Assembly (NCBI GenBank): GCA_964462875.1 | Contig: CAYWZQ010000001.1 | Location: forward strand, 132,910-196,909 | Reading direction: 5' to 3' | From: an uncultured Nitrososphaerota archaeon | Lineage (GTDB): Archaea > Thermoproteota > Methanomethylicia > Culexarchaeales > Culexmicrobiaceae | Length of the DNA stretch: 64,000 bases | Part shown: positions 8,929 through 18,186 of the stretch, piece after piece | How positions within the stretch are numbered: position 1 is the stretch's first letter | How the letters are laid out: the number at the start of each line of letters is the position of its first letter | Translations under genes and position numbers: made by a program | Notes under the pieces: generated by a model | What the model saw: only the letters and a program-made list of their open reading frames with translations | Told to the model about the DNA's origin: nothing | Database searches by the model: none

Positions 8929-11571
8929 CTACCATCGCCTTCTAAAGAAGGAGTCCAAACTCGTGACACCAAGTATTTCATCGAAGTTTATGCCTATAGC
9001 TTCAAGCACTTGCCTGAAAATCGTCTCCATATGGCTCAAGTACTTGCCAACATCTATCTCATCTATCCTAGCTAGCTGAACAGGTTTAACTCCGGGTTCA
9101 CCCTTAACCTTAACATATGAAATTATGTCTCCAGCTCCAAGCTTCTTACCATACCTCTCAAGTAGCCTAGCAGCCTTAACGTGTTGTGGAGTAGTTTTTA
9201 TGTACTGGTTTAAGGGTTTGGAAAGCTTAACTCTAAACGCCAATTCATCAAGCGAAAGCCTATGGTCCCTCAGCTTCCTATAGCAGTCCTGAGCTATAGC
9301 CCTTATCTTCTCCTTAGCCTTCTCAAAGTCTTCAGGAGACTTCACTTCACTTAAAACCTTCACAACATTATTAAATGCAGTTTTCAGAAACTCCGGAGTA
9401 TTCCTCTTCTTACCAACCAACCCCTTAATATCCACTGAACCATCCTCAAATACACCCAAATAGTTCTTCTTAAGCCCTGAGAAAGTCACATACCGATATA
9501 CCTTGTCAACATCTAAATCAATCCTAAACTCCCTTCTAGCCCATTCAACAAGTGCTTTAATTTGCTCCTCACTAGGCTTATAAAGAAATATGCTATCAGT
9601 ATCTCCATATAAGACTTCAACCCCAACCTCCCTAGCCTTCTCAATGGCCTTTGAAATTATGTATCTTCCAAGTGCAGTTGTACTTTCAGCCACTGGTGGG
9701 CAGTAGAGTGGAAAAGCTTCATTACCCATTACACCATAGCTGGCGTTCAATATTACCTTCAAGCCCTGCTGAACAACAGAGTACCAGCTTCTCGTAGCTT
9801 CATCTAGGCTCTTATTCTTAGACATGGGCTTAAACCAGTACACTCTAATATTCCTCAACATGCCTATCAATGTTGATGAAATTCCAAGCTTTTTCCTACA
9901 AACCCAGTGCGGTAGATCTGGAACCCTATTATCCCTACACTCCTTGTGGGGGCAATTTATGGTCTCATAAGACAGATTCCATCGATATAAGACCGATGGA
10001 TATAGGCTTGCGAAGTCCAGAACCGTGACATTGAAATATGCTCCGGGCTTCGGCTCAATAACTATGGCACCCATGTACTTTTTACCCTTAATTATAGCTC
10101 TAGTAACTGCCCCACCCTTAATAGCTAATATGTCCTCCCTCTCAGGTATCAAGTAGTTTCTCTTCCTATGCTCAAAGTAGAGCATATTCTTAATCCAACC
10201 TGAAACACCCTGCCTAGTTACATCTTCCATTGAAAGCTTAGATATCCTCATGAGCAAAATTATGAGCTTCATCACCAAGTCCTTGTCAAACGTTGTTAAT
10301 GACAGTGTTAAGTAGGCATCCCTAAAGCAGTAGGATGCAAGCTCAAAGTAGGTTAGCTCTGCAATAAGCCGATCTAATGGTATCTTACTTATACCTAGAA
10401 GTGCATGTGCAATAGCATCTAAAGTCACATCCTTATACTTATTCCCAAATGCATATACCTGAACGGACTTATTGGAGAAGAATCTGTATAAGTCTATGTG
10501 AATACCAGTAACTATGTGCGTCGACTGCCTACCCAAAATTATTGGAATCTCCCTTCGAGGAATACCAAGCCTAGTAGCCCTATACCTCAAATACCTCAAG
10601 TCAAATTGATCACCATTAAAAGTGAGTATTATGGGGTAGGATGTCATGAGCTTGAAGGTCTCGAGAATCATTTGCCTCTCATCATCAAAGAAAAGCACCT
10701 CAACATCACTTGGCAATGATTCTTTAGATCCATACTCCAAATCACCCCTCTTAAGTAGGAAAACCCTCTTCAATCCATCTGAAGCAGCAAAGGCTACACA
10801 TATTACTGGATACTTAGCCTCTGATGGCTCAGGTATCCTATCCGGTTCAGGAGTATAAACTTCTATATCCAGTGCAAGCCTAGGAATATTGGGTGCAGGA
10901 CATAGAAATACTGGAAGCCACTCGTCAAGCATTCTAATAACTTCTTCAGGTTCACCCTCAAAGAACTTCAAAATCCTACTCTTAACATCCTGGGGGACCT
11001 CGTATGGTACGGGCTTTAAATCACCATCCTCAATTTTATAGAAGAGACCTGGAATGAGCTGCCTATCATAAATATAGCAGTTGTGATACTTTATCTTGGC
11101 CTCCCAAGCCTTAGGCAGAAGCTCCCTTATGCTCTTAGGGCTACCTCCAATTGATAATGGGTCCTCAGCAATTATCTTTGACATCTTAACAACTCTATCA
11201 CTCAATGGATCATATTTCTCAACAACTTCAATACGCCTATAACCGGGATGAGTTACCACTGGTAATTTCTTAATTTTCTCGGGAGGCAGATCTGATAGAC
11301 AGTATGGTTTATGACCGGTATTATCATACCAAAAATATATCTTCCTTTTCTCGGGATCATAGAGCTTGCAGAGAGCCTTACCCTTAGAACCATCATATGA
11401 AACTGAAAGCAATATGCATGGACCAGTATTATATGGCTGCTCAACTTCAAAGGGTATTGTCTCTATAACCTCAACTTCCTCTTCTTCAACCTCCTCTTCC
11501 TCACCCTCCCACTCAAACTTCAATTTAGTCTGCCTATACTTCCTAGACCTCTTCATAACCCCCTCCACCAC
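8929..11571 (-). CDS. polB1: Family B DNA polymerase, PolB1 type
   Basis: Exonuclease motifs DIE, FNGDQFD and YCFRD; polymerase motifs DFASLYPS, KVILNASYG and YGDTDS; PolB1-type YDNTGHKPY and WEAKIKYH; no intein. Confidence 0.97.
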   Translation of the reverse strand: MVEGVMKRSRKYRQTKLKFEWEGEEEEVEEEEVEVIETIPFEVEQPYNTGPCILLSVSYDGSKGKALCKLYDPEKRKIYFWYDNTGHKPYCLSDLPPEKIKKLPVVTHPGYRRIEVVEKYDPLSDRVVKMSKIIAEDPLSIGGSPKSIRELLPKAWEAKIKYHNCYIYDRQLIPGLFYKIEDGDLKPVPYEVPQDVKSRILKFFEGEPEEVIRMLDEWLPVFLCPAPNIPRLALDIEVYTPEPDRIPEPSEAKYPVICVAFAASDGLKRVFLLKRGDLEYGSKESLPSDVEVLFFDDERQMILETFKLMTSYPIILTFNGDQFDLRYLRYRATRLGIPRREIPIILGRQSTHIVTGIHIDLYRFFSNKSVQVYAFGNKYKDVTLDAIAHALLGISKIPLDRLIAELTYFELASYCFRDAYLTLSLTTFDKDLVMKLIILLMRISKLSMEDVTRQGVSGWIKNMLYFEHRKRNYLIPEREDILAIKGGAVTRAIIKGKKYMGAIVIEPKPGAYFNVTVLDFASLYPSVLYRWNLSYETINCPHKECRDNRVPDLPHWVCRKKLGISSTLIGMLRNIRVYWFKPMSKNKSLDEATRSWYSVVQQGLKVILNASYGVMGNEAFPLYCPPVAESTTALGRYIISKAIEKAREVGVEVLYGDTDSIFLYKPSEEQIKALVEWARREFRIDLDVDKVYRYVTFSGLKKNYLGVFEDGSVDIKGLVGKKRNTPEFLKTAFNNVVKVLSEVKSPEDFEKAKEKIRAIAQDCYRKLRDHRLSLDELAFRVKLSKPLNQYIKTTPQHVKAARLLERYGKKLGAGDIISYVKVKGEPGVKPVQLARIDEIDVGKYLSHMETIFRQVLEAIGINFDEILGVTSLDSFFRRRW

Positions 11572-11777
11572 TTCTCAAACATTCTATCCTTCTTAGACGC
11601 CTTCTTATACATCTTATAATGCTTCTCGCAGAGATAGATCCTCCTAGAACTCGAATCCTTAACCTCCAAGTTAAGCTTAGCCAAATACCTTAACGCCTCA
11701 CTTGAAGCCAAAGATCTAACTGCATGCTCGCTACAACCAACTATACTACACACTTGCCCCTTCCTAACCTTACCCAA
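11553..11777 (-). CDS. Small zinc-binding protein overlapping the polB1 start
   Basis: CSIVGC and LCEKH give a C-x4-C...C-x2-H pattern; 19-nt overlap with polB1. Confidence 0.75.
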   Translation of the reverse strand: MGKVRKGQVCSIVGCSEHAVRSLASSEALRYLAKLNLEVKDSSSRRIYLCEKHYKMYKKASKKDRMFEKWWRGL

Positions 11778-11840
11778 AGCAATCGCCCAATTAAAAGTCT
11801 ACAACAACATTATTAAAAACAGCGCTCAACCTTGAATATG

Positions 11841-11917
11841 GGGCCCGTAGCTCAGCTGGATAGAGCGCCGGCCTCCGGAGCCGGAGGTCCCGGGTTCAAA
11901 TCCCGGCGGGCCCGCCA
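11841..11917 (+). tRNA. tRNA-Arg(CCG), no intron, encoded CCA
   Basis: Full cloverleaf: GGGCCCG acceptor stem, CCGGC-CTCCGGA-GCCGG anticodon arm, CCGGG-TTCAAAT-CCCGG T arm. Confidence 0.98.
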
Positions 11918-12026
11918 CTTAAATATCCCCTATATAAGTACTTCTTCTGGTGCCCCCGATAAGTTTTATACTTATGGAACTGCCCCCAGACCATGAGGAA
12001 CCTTGGGACAATTAGGATACTGTGTT

Positions 12027-12140
12027 CTGGAAGAATAGCAGGCTCACGAGGTGCTACAGCAGCTATATGAGCAGTATGGTAGTGTACGGAAGTCGCCCAA
12101 ATGCTTGGTGTAAGTAAGAGCACTCTACATAGATGCCTAA
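12027..12140 (+). pseudogene. HTH remnant, possibly the N-terminus of a tRNA-adjacent integrase
   Basis: Reads LEE*QAHEVLQQLYEQYGSVR, then after a frameshift VAQMLGVSKSTLHRCL (HTH). Confidence 0.45.
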
Positions 12141-12144
12141 CATG

Positions 12145-12340
12145 TTATTGTTTATCTTCTGCTTCTAGCTTCCTTACCTCTATTTTCACGTAGCCTGCAC
12201 CATGGGATTTGAAAACGCCAAGTCTTCTAATAAATTTAAGTCTTTCTATTACTAGCTCGCTTATTATTCTCTCTGGATTTCTCCACTCCGTATTCTCTTT
12301 GAGCCATAGGTCTCCTAGCGTTGGACCCTTTAATGGTCTA
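12145..12340 (-). pseudogene. C-terminal fragment resembling a RAMP (Cas7-group) protein
   Basis: Open frame with no start reads ...LKFIRRLGVFKSHGAGYVKIEV...*, similar to the RAMP Gly-rich loop LGGxKSRGxGxV. Confidence 0.4.
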
Positions 12341-12520
12341 GGCTCTCCTAGCTTGACCCAAGCTAGCTATACCCTTCTCATAGAGCCTTAACGCTAGTTC
12401 TATCCTTAGCCTCTCCTCGAGCTCGCCAGGAGGAACTCGTAGGTTCGCTGGTACCTCAGTAATAACTCGTCTAACACTAGCCTTAACCACCCTTGTCCCC
12501 TCAATGAACACTATACGCAT
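12338..12520 (-). pseudogene. Truncated UPF0175 antitoxin-like gene
   Basis: LEERLRIELALRLYEKGIASLGQARR stops in the middle of the HTH. Confidence 0.65.
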
Positions 12521-12589
12521 ATTAAGACTATTAATCCCTAGCCACCTCGTAAACGAATCATACTTTTAACAATACTCAATCCATGAACT

Positions 12590-12653
12590 AGCTGTCCCGT
12601 ATACTAGAAAACGGGTATGAAAAACATACCTAACTGTCCCATTTATCATCAAC
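12590..12653. repeat. ~63-bp dispersed repeat, copy 1
   Basis: AGCTGTCCCGTATACTAGAAAACGGGTATGAA...CTGTCCCATTTATCA aligns with 13883-13945. Confidence 0.75.
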
Positions 12654-13066
12654 TTGTGGGATGTTTCCTTATAAGGGCCAGCCTATGAGACCGGAGGTTT
12701 GCTTTGGTAATGGTTTCAGCGGACATGGAATTATAATTACTTTTGGTATTCGCTTTTGTTTTCTCTGAGCGAATGCATTTTAGGATATGGGGAGAGTTAA
12801 GAGGCTCCGTAAACCATAAAACTATATGGTAGAGGAATATGCCTAGTGGCGTTATGAGACTTTGTATATTAAAAATGCTGTTAAAGAACTTATTCGGATC
12901 TAAGAGAGTAAGTGTATCTAGAGGGTACGATGATATATTTAATACAGTATTTTGAGTGAGCAAGGAGAATATACTAGAGGAGGTTTTCAGGGAGAAGGAG
13001 TGGTTCCTAGCTGAAGTAAAGAGTTATGAGATACGATTACTAATAATTTGGAATGAGGTGTAGTTT

Positions 13067-13381
13067 TTGAGTGAAAATATTGTGGTTGTTGAACTTGATA
13101 AGAGGACTATTAGCTTGCTTACTAGAGTTCTTAATAATGAGTATAAGAGACTTCAGCTAGAGTTACGGATAACGGAGGAGAAAATCAAGAGGTTTGAAGA
13201 TAAGTACGGCATGAGTAGTAGTGAGTTCTTAGAGAGGTATGCTCGCGGCAAACTGGGTGACGAAGAGGAGTATATGGAATGGTATGGTGAGCTAAAGTTC
13301 CTAGAGAGGATCCGCGAGGAATTAGAGGAGCTGAAGAATATTGCGGATAGGGTATCTGGAAAAATACGTAACAAGGGTTGA
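13067..13381 (+). CDS. Antitoxin-like partner of DUF6516 (TumA-like)
   Basis: FEDKYGMSSSEFLERYARGKLGDEEEYMEW motif; overlaps the downstream toxin-like gene. Confidence 0.7.
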   Translation: MSENIVVVELDKRTISLLTRVLNNEYKRLQLELRITEEKIKRFEDKYGMSSSEFLERYARGKLGDEEEYMEWYGELKFLERIREELEELKNIADRVSGKIRNKG

Positions 13382-13736
13382 AGAAAAACTAAGGGAGCTG
13401 GAGCCTCTAATTTCATCTTCCCAAATATGTATTGAGCGTAGATCCCTCAATAGAATCGTATTAAGAGGTATTATCGTCTTCATAGATGGATCTTCACTTC
13501 ATTTTCTAGAATACGTTCTAGAAGAAGATAATAGGCTGTTAAGAGTCTCCTATCGGTTCCACTATATCAAGCAAGATGGATCGCTAGTCTTCAGATATGA
13601 TAATGCCCCACATCACCCAGAGCTTCCAACGTTCCCACACCATAAACACTTACCTGGAAACAAGACTGTCCCCTCCGGTGAGAAAAGCTTAATTGATGTA
13701 CTGGATGAGATAGGGGAAATTATTTCTAAGGAATAA
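13341..13736 (+). CDS. DUF6516 (TumE-like) toxin-family protein
   Basis: YRFHY and FRYDNAPHHPELPTFPHHKH signature. Confidence 0.85.
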   Translation: MRIGYLEKYVTRVEEKLRELEPLISSSQICIERRSLNRIVLRGIIVFIDGSSLHFLEYVLEEDNRLLRVSYRFHYIKQDGSLVFRYDNAPHHPELPTFPHHKHLPGNKTVPSGEKSLIDVLDEIGEIISKE

Positions 13737-13882
13737 TGAGTGAGATGCCTAGCAAGGAATGCATTGTCAGTATTACTTCTCAAGTAATAAATAGAACAAT
13801 TCATAAACTATCATTGCCCACTTATTCTTAATGATGATGATTATTACAATTTGGCCTCTATTCGTGAAACCAAGCCTTAAAC

Positions 13883-13945
13883 AGCTGCCCATATACTAGA
13901 TAATGGGTATGAATTCCTATCGGATCTGTCCCGATTTACCACGAC
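13883..13945. repeat. ~63-bp dispersed repeat, copy 2
   Basis: AGCTGCCCATATACTAGATAATGGGTATGAA...CTGTCCCGATTTACCA. Confidence 0.75.
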
Positions 13946-14011
13946 CCCTGACAACATACTCGTCAAGCCTATCTCCGCAAGTGCTATGATGGCACTAGAG
14001 TTTACTGCAAT
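13946..14011 (-). pseudogene. N-terminal fragment of a DUF3368-type PIN toxin
   Basis: IAVNSSAIIALAEIGLTSML directly follows the UPF0175 gene; similarity ends at repeat copy 2. Confidence 0.55.
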
Positions 14012-14027
14012 GCAACAAGTAGACCAG

Positions 14028-14318
14028 CTACTCAATTCCTAGTTCCTCTCGGAGCTCCTCATCATTATAAGGGTAGGCCGTTATCCCTCTTCTCTGCAGC
14101 TCTAAGATGAAGTCGTAGAGGCTCAGCTCGGCTGCACGCTCAACACTAACAATTCCGCGGACAAAGAGGTCTATAGCATAGGCTAGCTTAACGACCCGCC
14201 TCTTCACCTCTTTAGCAACCTCACTAGCAACCGCATCCAATGGTGGAGAATAATATTTAGGATTTGAAGCGATAGCAGCTAGTACCTCTCTTAATGCCTT
14301 CTCCATCATGTTCATCAC
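14028..14318 (-). CDS. UPF0175 antitoxin-like protein, possibly decaying
   Basis: YAIDLFVRGIVSVERAAELSLYDFILELQRRGI and EELREEL; the HTH turn looks about 3 aa short. Confidence 0.7.
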   Translation of the reverse strand: MMNMMEKALREVLAAIASNPKYYSPPLDAVASEVAKEVKRRVVKLAYAIDLFVRGIVSVERAAELSLYDFILELQRRGITAYPYNDEELREELGIE

Positions 14319-14568
14319 TGCCTAGACCCTTACAATTTGGTGTATATATCTTACAAGGTTTAAGATTACCTTCTCAGTAAATAGCTATGTAGCTAACATG
14401 ATTCTACATTTAGCCGGTCTACTTATATTTGAACAGCCAATAAAAATGAATGTTCTTGAAAATCTCTCTGCATAATTTTAGCTAATAGAGAACCCTTCGT
14501 GTTCAATTCTTTTACACATGTACTCATATTTCCTCAGGTTATATCTGCTCAATAATTCCTTTTTGAAA

Positions 14569-16113
14569 TTAAAAGAGCATTAGAAACATCGGTGTTGGTA
14601 TGTAGATCATGTCATTACGCAGTCTTAATATATCTCGCGTTAGAACTATCTTACCTTTTTCAGGAACTATATGTGAAGGAGCTCCTCGATACTTTGATTC
14701 AATGATGAATCTATATTGAGCGTTTCCTTTCACAACACATAAGACGAAATCCGTTTCTTGCATTCCTTCTCTTGCTGGTCTATACATTAGAACTCTTTCA
14801 TATTCAACGCTTGGTATATGTTCGAATAACTGTTGAGCTAAAAGAAGATGAGCTGCTACGACACTCTCAACTAAATGACCTTTAAAGCTCGAGTCCCCAA
14901 CTATTTTCTTCGAATACTCAAATGGGTCGGGAATATTGTTGAGATATGAATATAATGCATGATATATGAATGGGTCTAGAACATAGTTCTTAGGCTTTCC
15001 TTGATAATTGGGTTTACAGCTACCATTTTCCCTCTCCTCTGGGTATGCAAAGAAGAATGTCCATGTAGTTCTAAGATAGTCCAGGTAACTTCTTAAACCA
15101 AAACGCCCTTTAGGTCTGGCATCTTCATTGCGACCAATAACCTCAGGTCGACATAGATCCAGAAGACCTGCAATCCTCTTAGGTTCTAAGAGAAAAGCTA
15201 GCACTCTTTTCAAATTCTCTGAGTCTAAACCAGCCTTCTCAGAATCCTTGACAAGTAGTTCCGCTACATCAACATAAAACTCTTTACTTATGTATTCATT
15301 CTTATAATATTCATCTATAGCTTTAGGATAGCCCCCGTGAATCAAGTATTCTTCGAACACTGTTTGGAGAAGTTGGAAATACTCGTCATATATTCTCCGG
15401 AAAGCCTCCGGAATTCTTCCTCGAGCAAGCTCCTTTAGTATCTCGAATCTTATTCTAGGAGTTCTAAGCTTGCGTAATGATAGGAACGAATCTATTTCCC
15501 GCCTAAGTGCTTCAACTACTTCTGCAAATCGTAATGGAACGTGAACTAGATTCCCTCCAAGGTTGAAGAGTTGTGCCAATCTGCCTTGCCTACCTCTTAG
15601 CTTACTAGCAGCCTCTGCCAAGTCCATAGAGTGACTACCAGCAGACACAATCTTCATACGCCCACTTTCAATTAAACCCATGTCATAGAGATTTTTCAGC
15701 GCTTGAGCCCATCCAGGATACATGGATGCTTCATCGAGAAAAACATACTTATCATTATTACTTGACATAGCTATGACTTCAAGAATCTCAATCAGTCTTA
15801 TATCTACCAGCCCTTCGTAGTCGAGTGAAATATAAAATATTGATTGAGGATTCACATTCTTTTCCTCGATGAGATACCTTATGAGGAGTTTAATTAATGT
15901 AGATTTACCTGCACGTCTAGGTCCCCGTATTGTGATTATACCATATGCACCCAGCTCAGCTATGTAACGTCTTAGATGGTAATAGAGTCTGGGTTCACGT
16001 CTAAGCATTGAATTGTAGAAGTTCTGAAGCAACGGGTCACGTTTATACCAGTACTTGTCTATCCACCAAGGATTATATTGCTTTAAAAGTTTCCTAAGTT
16101 CCCCGATGTTCAA
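14569..16113 (-). CDS. AAA+ ATPase (COG1373; AAA_14 + DUF4143 type) with C-terminal PD-(D/E)xK-like domain
   Basis: LKQYNPWW, Walker A GPRRAGKST, Walker B VFLDE, GGYP, KNYVLDP, GHLVE and ETDFV...IESK. Confidence 0.85.
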   Translation of the reverse strand: MNIGELRKLLKQYNPWWIDKYWYKRDPLLQNFYNSMLRREPRLYYHLRRYIAELGAYGIITIRGPRRAGKSTLIKLLIRYLIEEKNVNPQSIFYISLDYEGLVDIRLIEILEVIAMSSNNDKYVFLDEASMYPGWAQALKNLYDMGLIESGRMKIVSAGSHSMDLAEAASKLRGRQGRLAQLFNLGGNLVHVPLRFAEVVEALRREIDSFLSLRKLRTPRIRFEILKELARGRIPEAFRRIYDEYFQLLQTVFEEYLIHGGYPKAIDEYYKNEYISKEFYVDVAELLVKDSEKAGLDSENLKRVLAFLLEPKRIAGLLDLCRPEVIGRNEDARPKGRFGLRSYLDYLRTTWTFFFAYPEERENGSCKPNYQGKPKNYVLDPFIYHALYSYLNNIPDPFEYSKKIVGDSSFKGHLVESVVAAHLLLAQQLFEHIPSVEYERVLMYRPAREGMQETDFVLCVVKGNAQYRFIIESKYRGAPSHIVPEKGKIVLTRDILRLRNDMIYIPTPMFLMLF

Positions 16114-16370
16114 CTTTTACTACACCTCTTTGCAAGTAGGACCAAATCCTTCTCTATGCGGCCAACCTCTCGTGCCAATTGCTCATACTTCTTCTCAAGC
16201 TCTTTGATACGAGTAATAAGGTCTCCATATTCAGCCTCTCCAATGAATTCTAGAACAAGTCTCTTCACTAGAGCTGGCACCGACAAACCTTGCTGTTCAG
16301 CAATCTTTCTCAGCTTTCCATACTGCTCTTCACTAAGATAGAATTTAACTTGTTTCAACCTACTCACCAT
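16110..16370 (-). CDS. Ribbon-helix-helix (CopG-like) DNA-binding protein with coiled-coil tail
   Basis: KQVKFYLSEEQYGKLRKIAEQQGLSVPALVKRLVLEFI followed by a heptad-rich C-terminus; 4-nt overlap with the ATPase gene. Confidence 0.85.
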   Translation of the reverse strand: MVSRLKQVKFYLSEEQYGKLRKIAEQQGLSVPALVKRLVLEFIGEAEYGDLITRIKELEKKYEQLAREVGRIEKDLVLLAKRCSKS

Positions 16371-16377
16371 ATCTCTG

Positions 16378-16528
16378 GTACTTTATAGTACCTTAACAGT
16401 ACTAAAATTTAACGCTCTAGTACTACTAAGGTACTAATAACCTGACGCAAAAGCACCATATTAGCACCATTATAGTACTGATCGATTCCTAAGATAGTAC
16501 TATTAAGGTACTATGTATTAAAAAGTAC
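16378..16528. repeat. Helically phased G(T/C)AC array upstream of the RHH gene
   Basis: Motifs at 16378, 16388, 16399, 16420, 16431, 16453, 16464, 16475, 16497 and 16508 (spacings 10, 11, 21 or 22), plus an off-phase copy at 16525. Confidence 0.8.
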
Positions 16529-16722
16529 CTCTTATGCCCAAGTCTTGTAGACATATTGTATTCACATTAAGCTTCTTTAAAAGGATTGCCAGTCTTTATT
16601 GGTACGTTTTCATCTGCTAGGAGTCTCAGCAACTCTATAACCCTCTTTAGCGCCTTGGATGCAAACTTTAGTGCCTCATATACAGCCTCCAATGGTATCT
16701 CAAACTCCTCAGCAACCTCCTT
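16527..16722 (-). pseudogene. Remnant of a DUF433 antitoxin plus DUF5615 PIN-like toxin pair
   Basis: KEVAEEFEIPLEAVYEALKFAS (DUF433 C-terminus) runs into LRLLADENVP (DUF5615 N-terminus), then frameshifts. Confidence 0.65.
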
Positions 16723-17043
16723 AGACTCGCGAAGGGGTGGCAGGCAGTAAGTCTAGATGCTAGGGTAGAGGAGCTGAAGAAGAGGTTTGATTTCCTAGGT
16801 CTTTCTAGGGAAAACTCTTAGTTTCAAATCGGATAAGGAAAACTGCGCTTCACCTCACTTACCATAGATTATTACATCCGAATAATCCAGGAAATTAGGG
16901 AACCTATAAGCAGGCCATCATATGCTACATGGGAAGAAGCATTAAAAGTTTTATCTTAGTGCTAGAACCCCTTTGATTTAAACTACACTACTTATTCTTG
17001 CACGAGCTCATATAGGTTTACTAAGTAGATGGTGTAATGTTTA

Positions 17044-17496
17044 GTGATGACTTTGGAGATTGAGAAACTAATCATAACAGTGTTTGGCTCCTACACGGGA
17101 TTCATTAAATGGCTTCAGAACTTGTGTAGCCTCAGAACTTTCTGGACTAAAAATGTAAAGCATGTTGGCATTGCTTCAGTCAACCCATTGAAGTTAAGGA
17201 TTCTATGGAAGACTAGGCGTGGCTGTAGACAAGCATTCTTCATGATGTCTAGTAGATTTAGTCAAGTTGCTAGGTTATTGAAAGAAGCTGGGGGTAAGCA
17301 GAGCATGAAAGATAACACATGTTACATAGTCATAACGACATCTGGGCTAAACTCATGCCTTTACGATAGGCGGAGTGTTATCTATGTGTATACTAGTGAT
17401 AGTAGACTGCTTGAACCCAATCATAGTGTTGAAGTTGAGGACTACGAGAACCCCAGTGAAAGGGTCTTGAAGGAGGTTGAGACTGTGGAGGCATGA
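17044..17496 (+). CDS. Hypothetical protein; start uncertain
   Basis: ORF in track; ATGA overlap with a downstream small ORF. Confidence 0.35.
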   Translation: MMTLEIEKLIITVFGSYTGFIKWLQNLCSLRTFWTKNVKHVGIASVNPLKLRILWKTRRGCRQAFFMMSSRFSQVARLLKEAGGKQSMKDNTCYIVITTSGLNSCLYDRRSVIYVYTSDSRLLEPNHSVEVEDYENPSERVLKEVETVEA

Positions 17497-17630
17497 CTAT
17501 AAGTGATATTGTTAAGCGAATACGTCAAGAAGCCCTTAGAAGAGTTGGCGCAGAAATTCAACAACAAATACATGCTGCAAGAAACTACGTTATGCAGCTG
17601 AGACCAAGATTAGAGAAGAGACTGAAATAA
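17493..17630 (+). CDS. Small helical protein (45 aa), not in ORF track
   Basis: MTISDIVKRIRQEALRRVGAEIQQQIHAARNYVMQLRPRLEKRLK; SD-like GGAGG and ATGA coupling. Confidence 0.4.
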   Translation: MTISDIVKRIRQEALRRVGAEIQQQIHAARNYVMQLRPRLEKRLK

Positions 17631-18186
17631 TTAGTAGCTATAGAGGTTACGAGAATGTAAGTACTAGGATACACATTACATACTAAACATGTTTATCTTG
17701 AAATTACACTATCATGTAATTAAAGCTTTTAATGTATACTGAAACCTAAGTTATACTGTCACGTAATATAAAACGAACATGAAAACCGCATCCATGCTTT
17801 CTATTCATACAGACACTCATAAAGTGAAATGCTCTGAGCCCACGAATTTATGAAGTTACTGTTTGGATTACTGAAGAACAAATCATCTGATTAAAATATT
17901 TATTACAACTTAGAGATCTTGTAGTAGTAAGGCAAGTATCTTGATTAGTCTAGGGTAACTACTTTCCTAGTTTCCCTGTAGATCTCCAAGTCCTCTCTGA
18001 GTTCTTATTTCTTCTTTAACTGTAGCTTATTAATATTACTTGCTAGGTTTCTCTCTTATGTTCTTCGAAAATAGAGTTTTAAAATCACATGACATATGTT
18101 ATGTTAAGTATATTAAAGAAAAATTTAAAATATGAGAAATAAATTGGGATTAGTTAAGAGAAGAAATTGCTATCGAGGAGGTTTAA

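Noticed and set aside
8929..11571. Intein or inactivated polymerase
   Set aside because: Length is typical and all exonuclease and polymerase motifs are contiguous and intact.
11896..12123. 75-aa minus-strand ORF
   Set aside because: Overlaps the tRNA and has no protein-like features; the plus strand carries the HTH remnant.
12649..12963. 104-aa minus-strand ORF in the island
   Set aside because: No SD or recognisable motif; composition suggests it is antisense to decayed plus-strand sequence.
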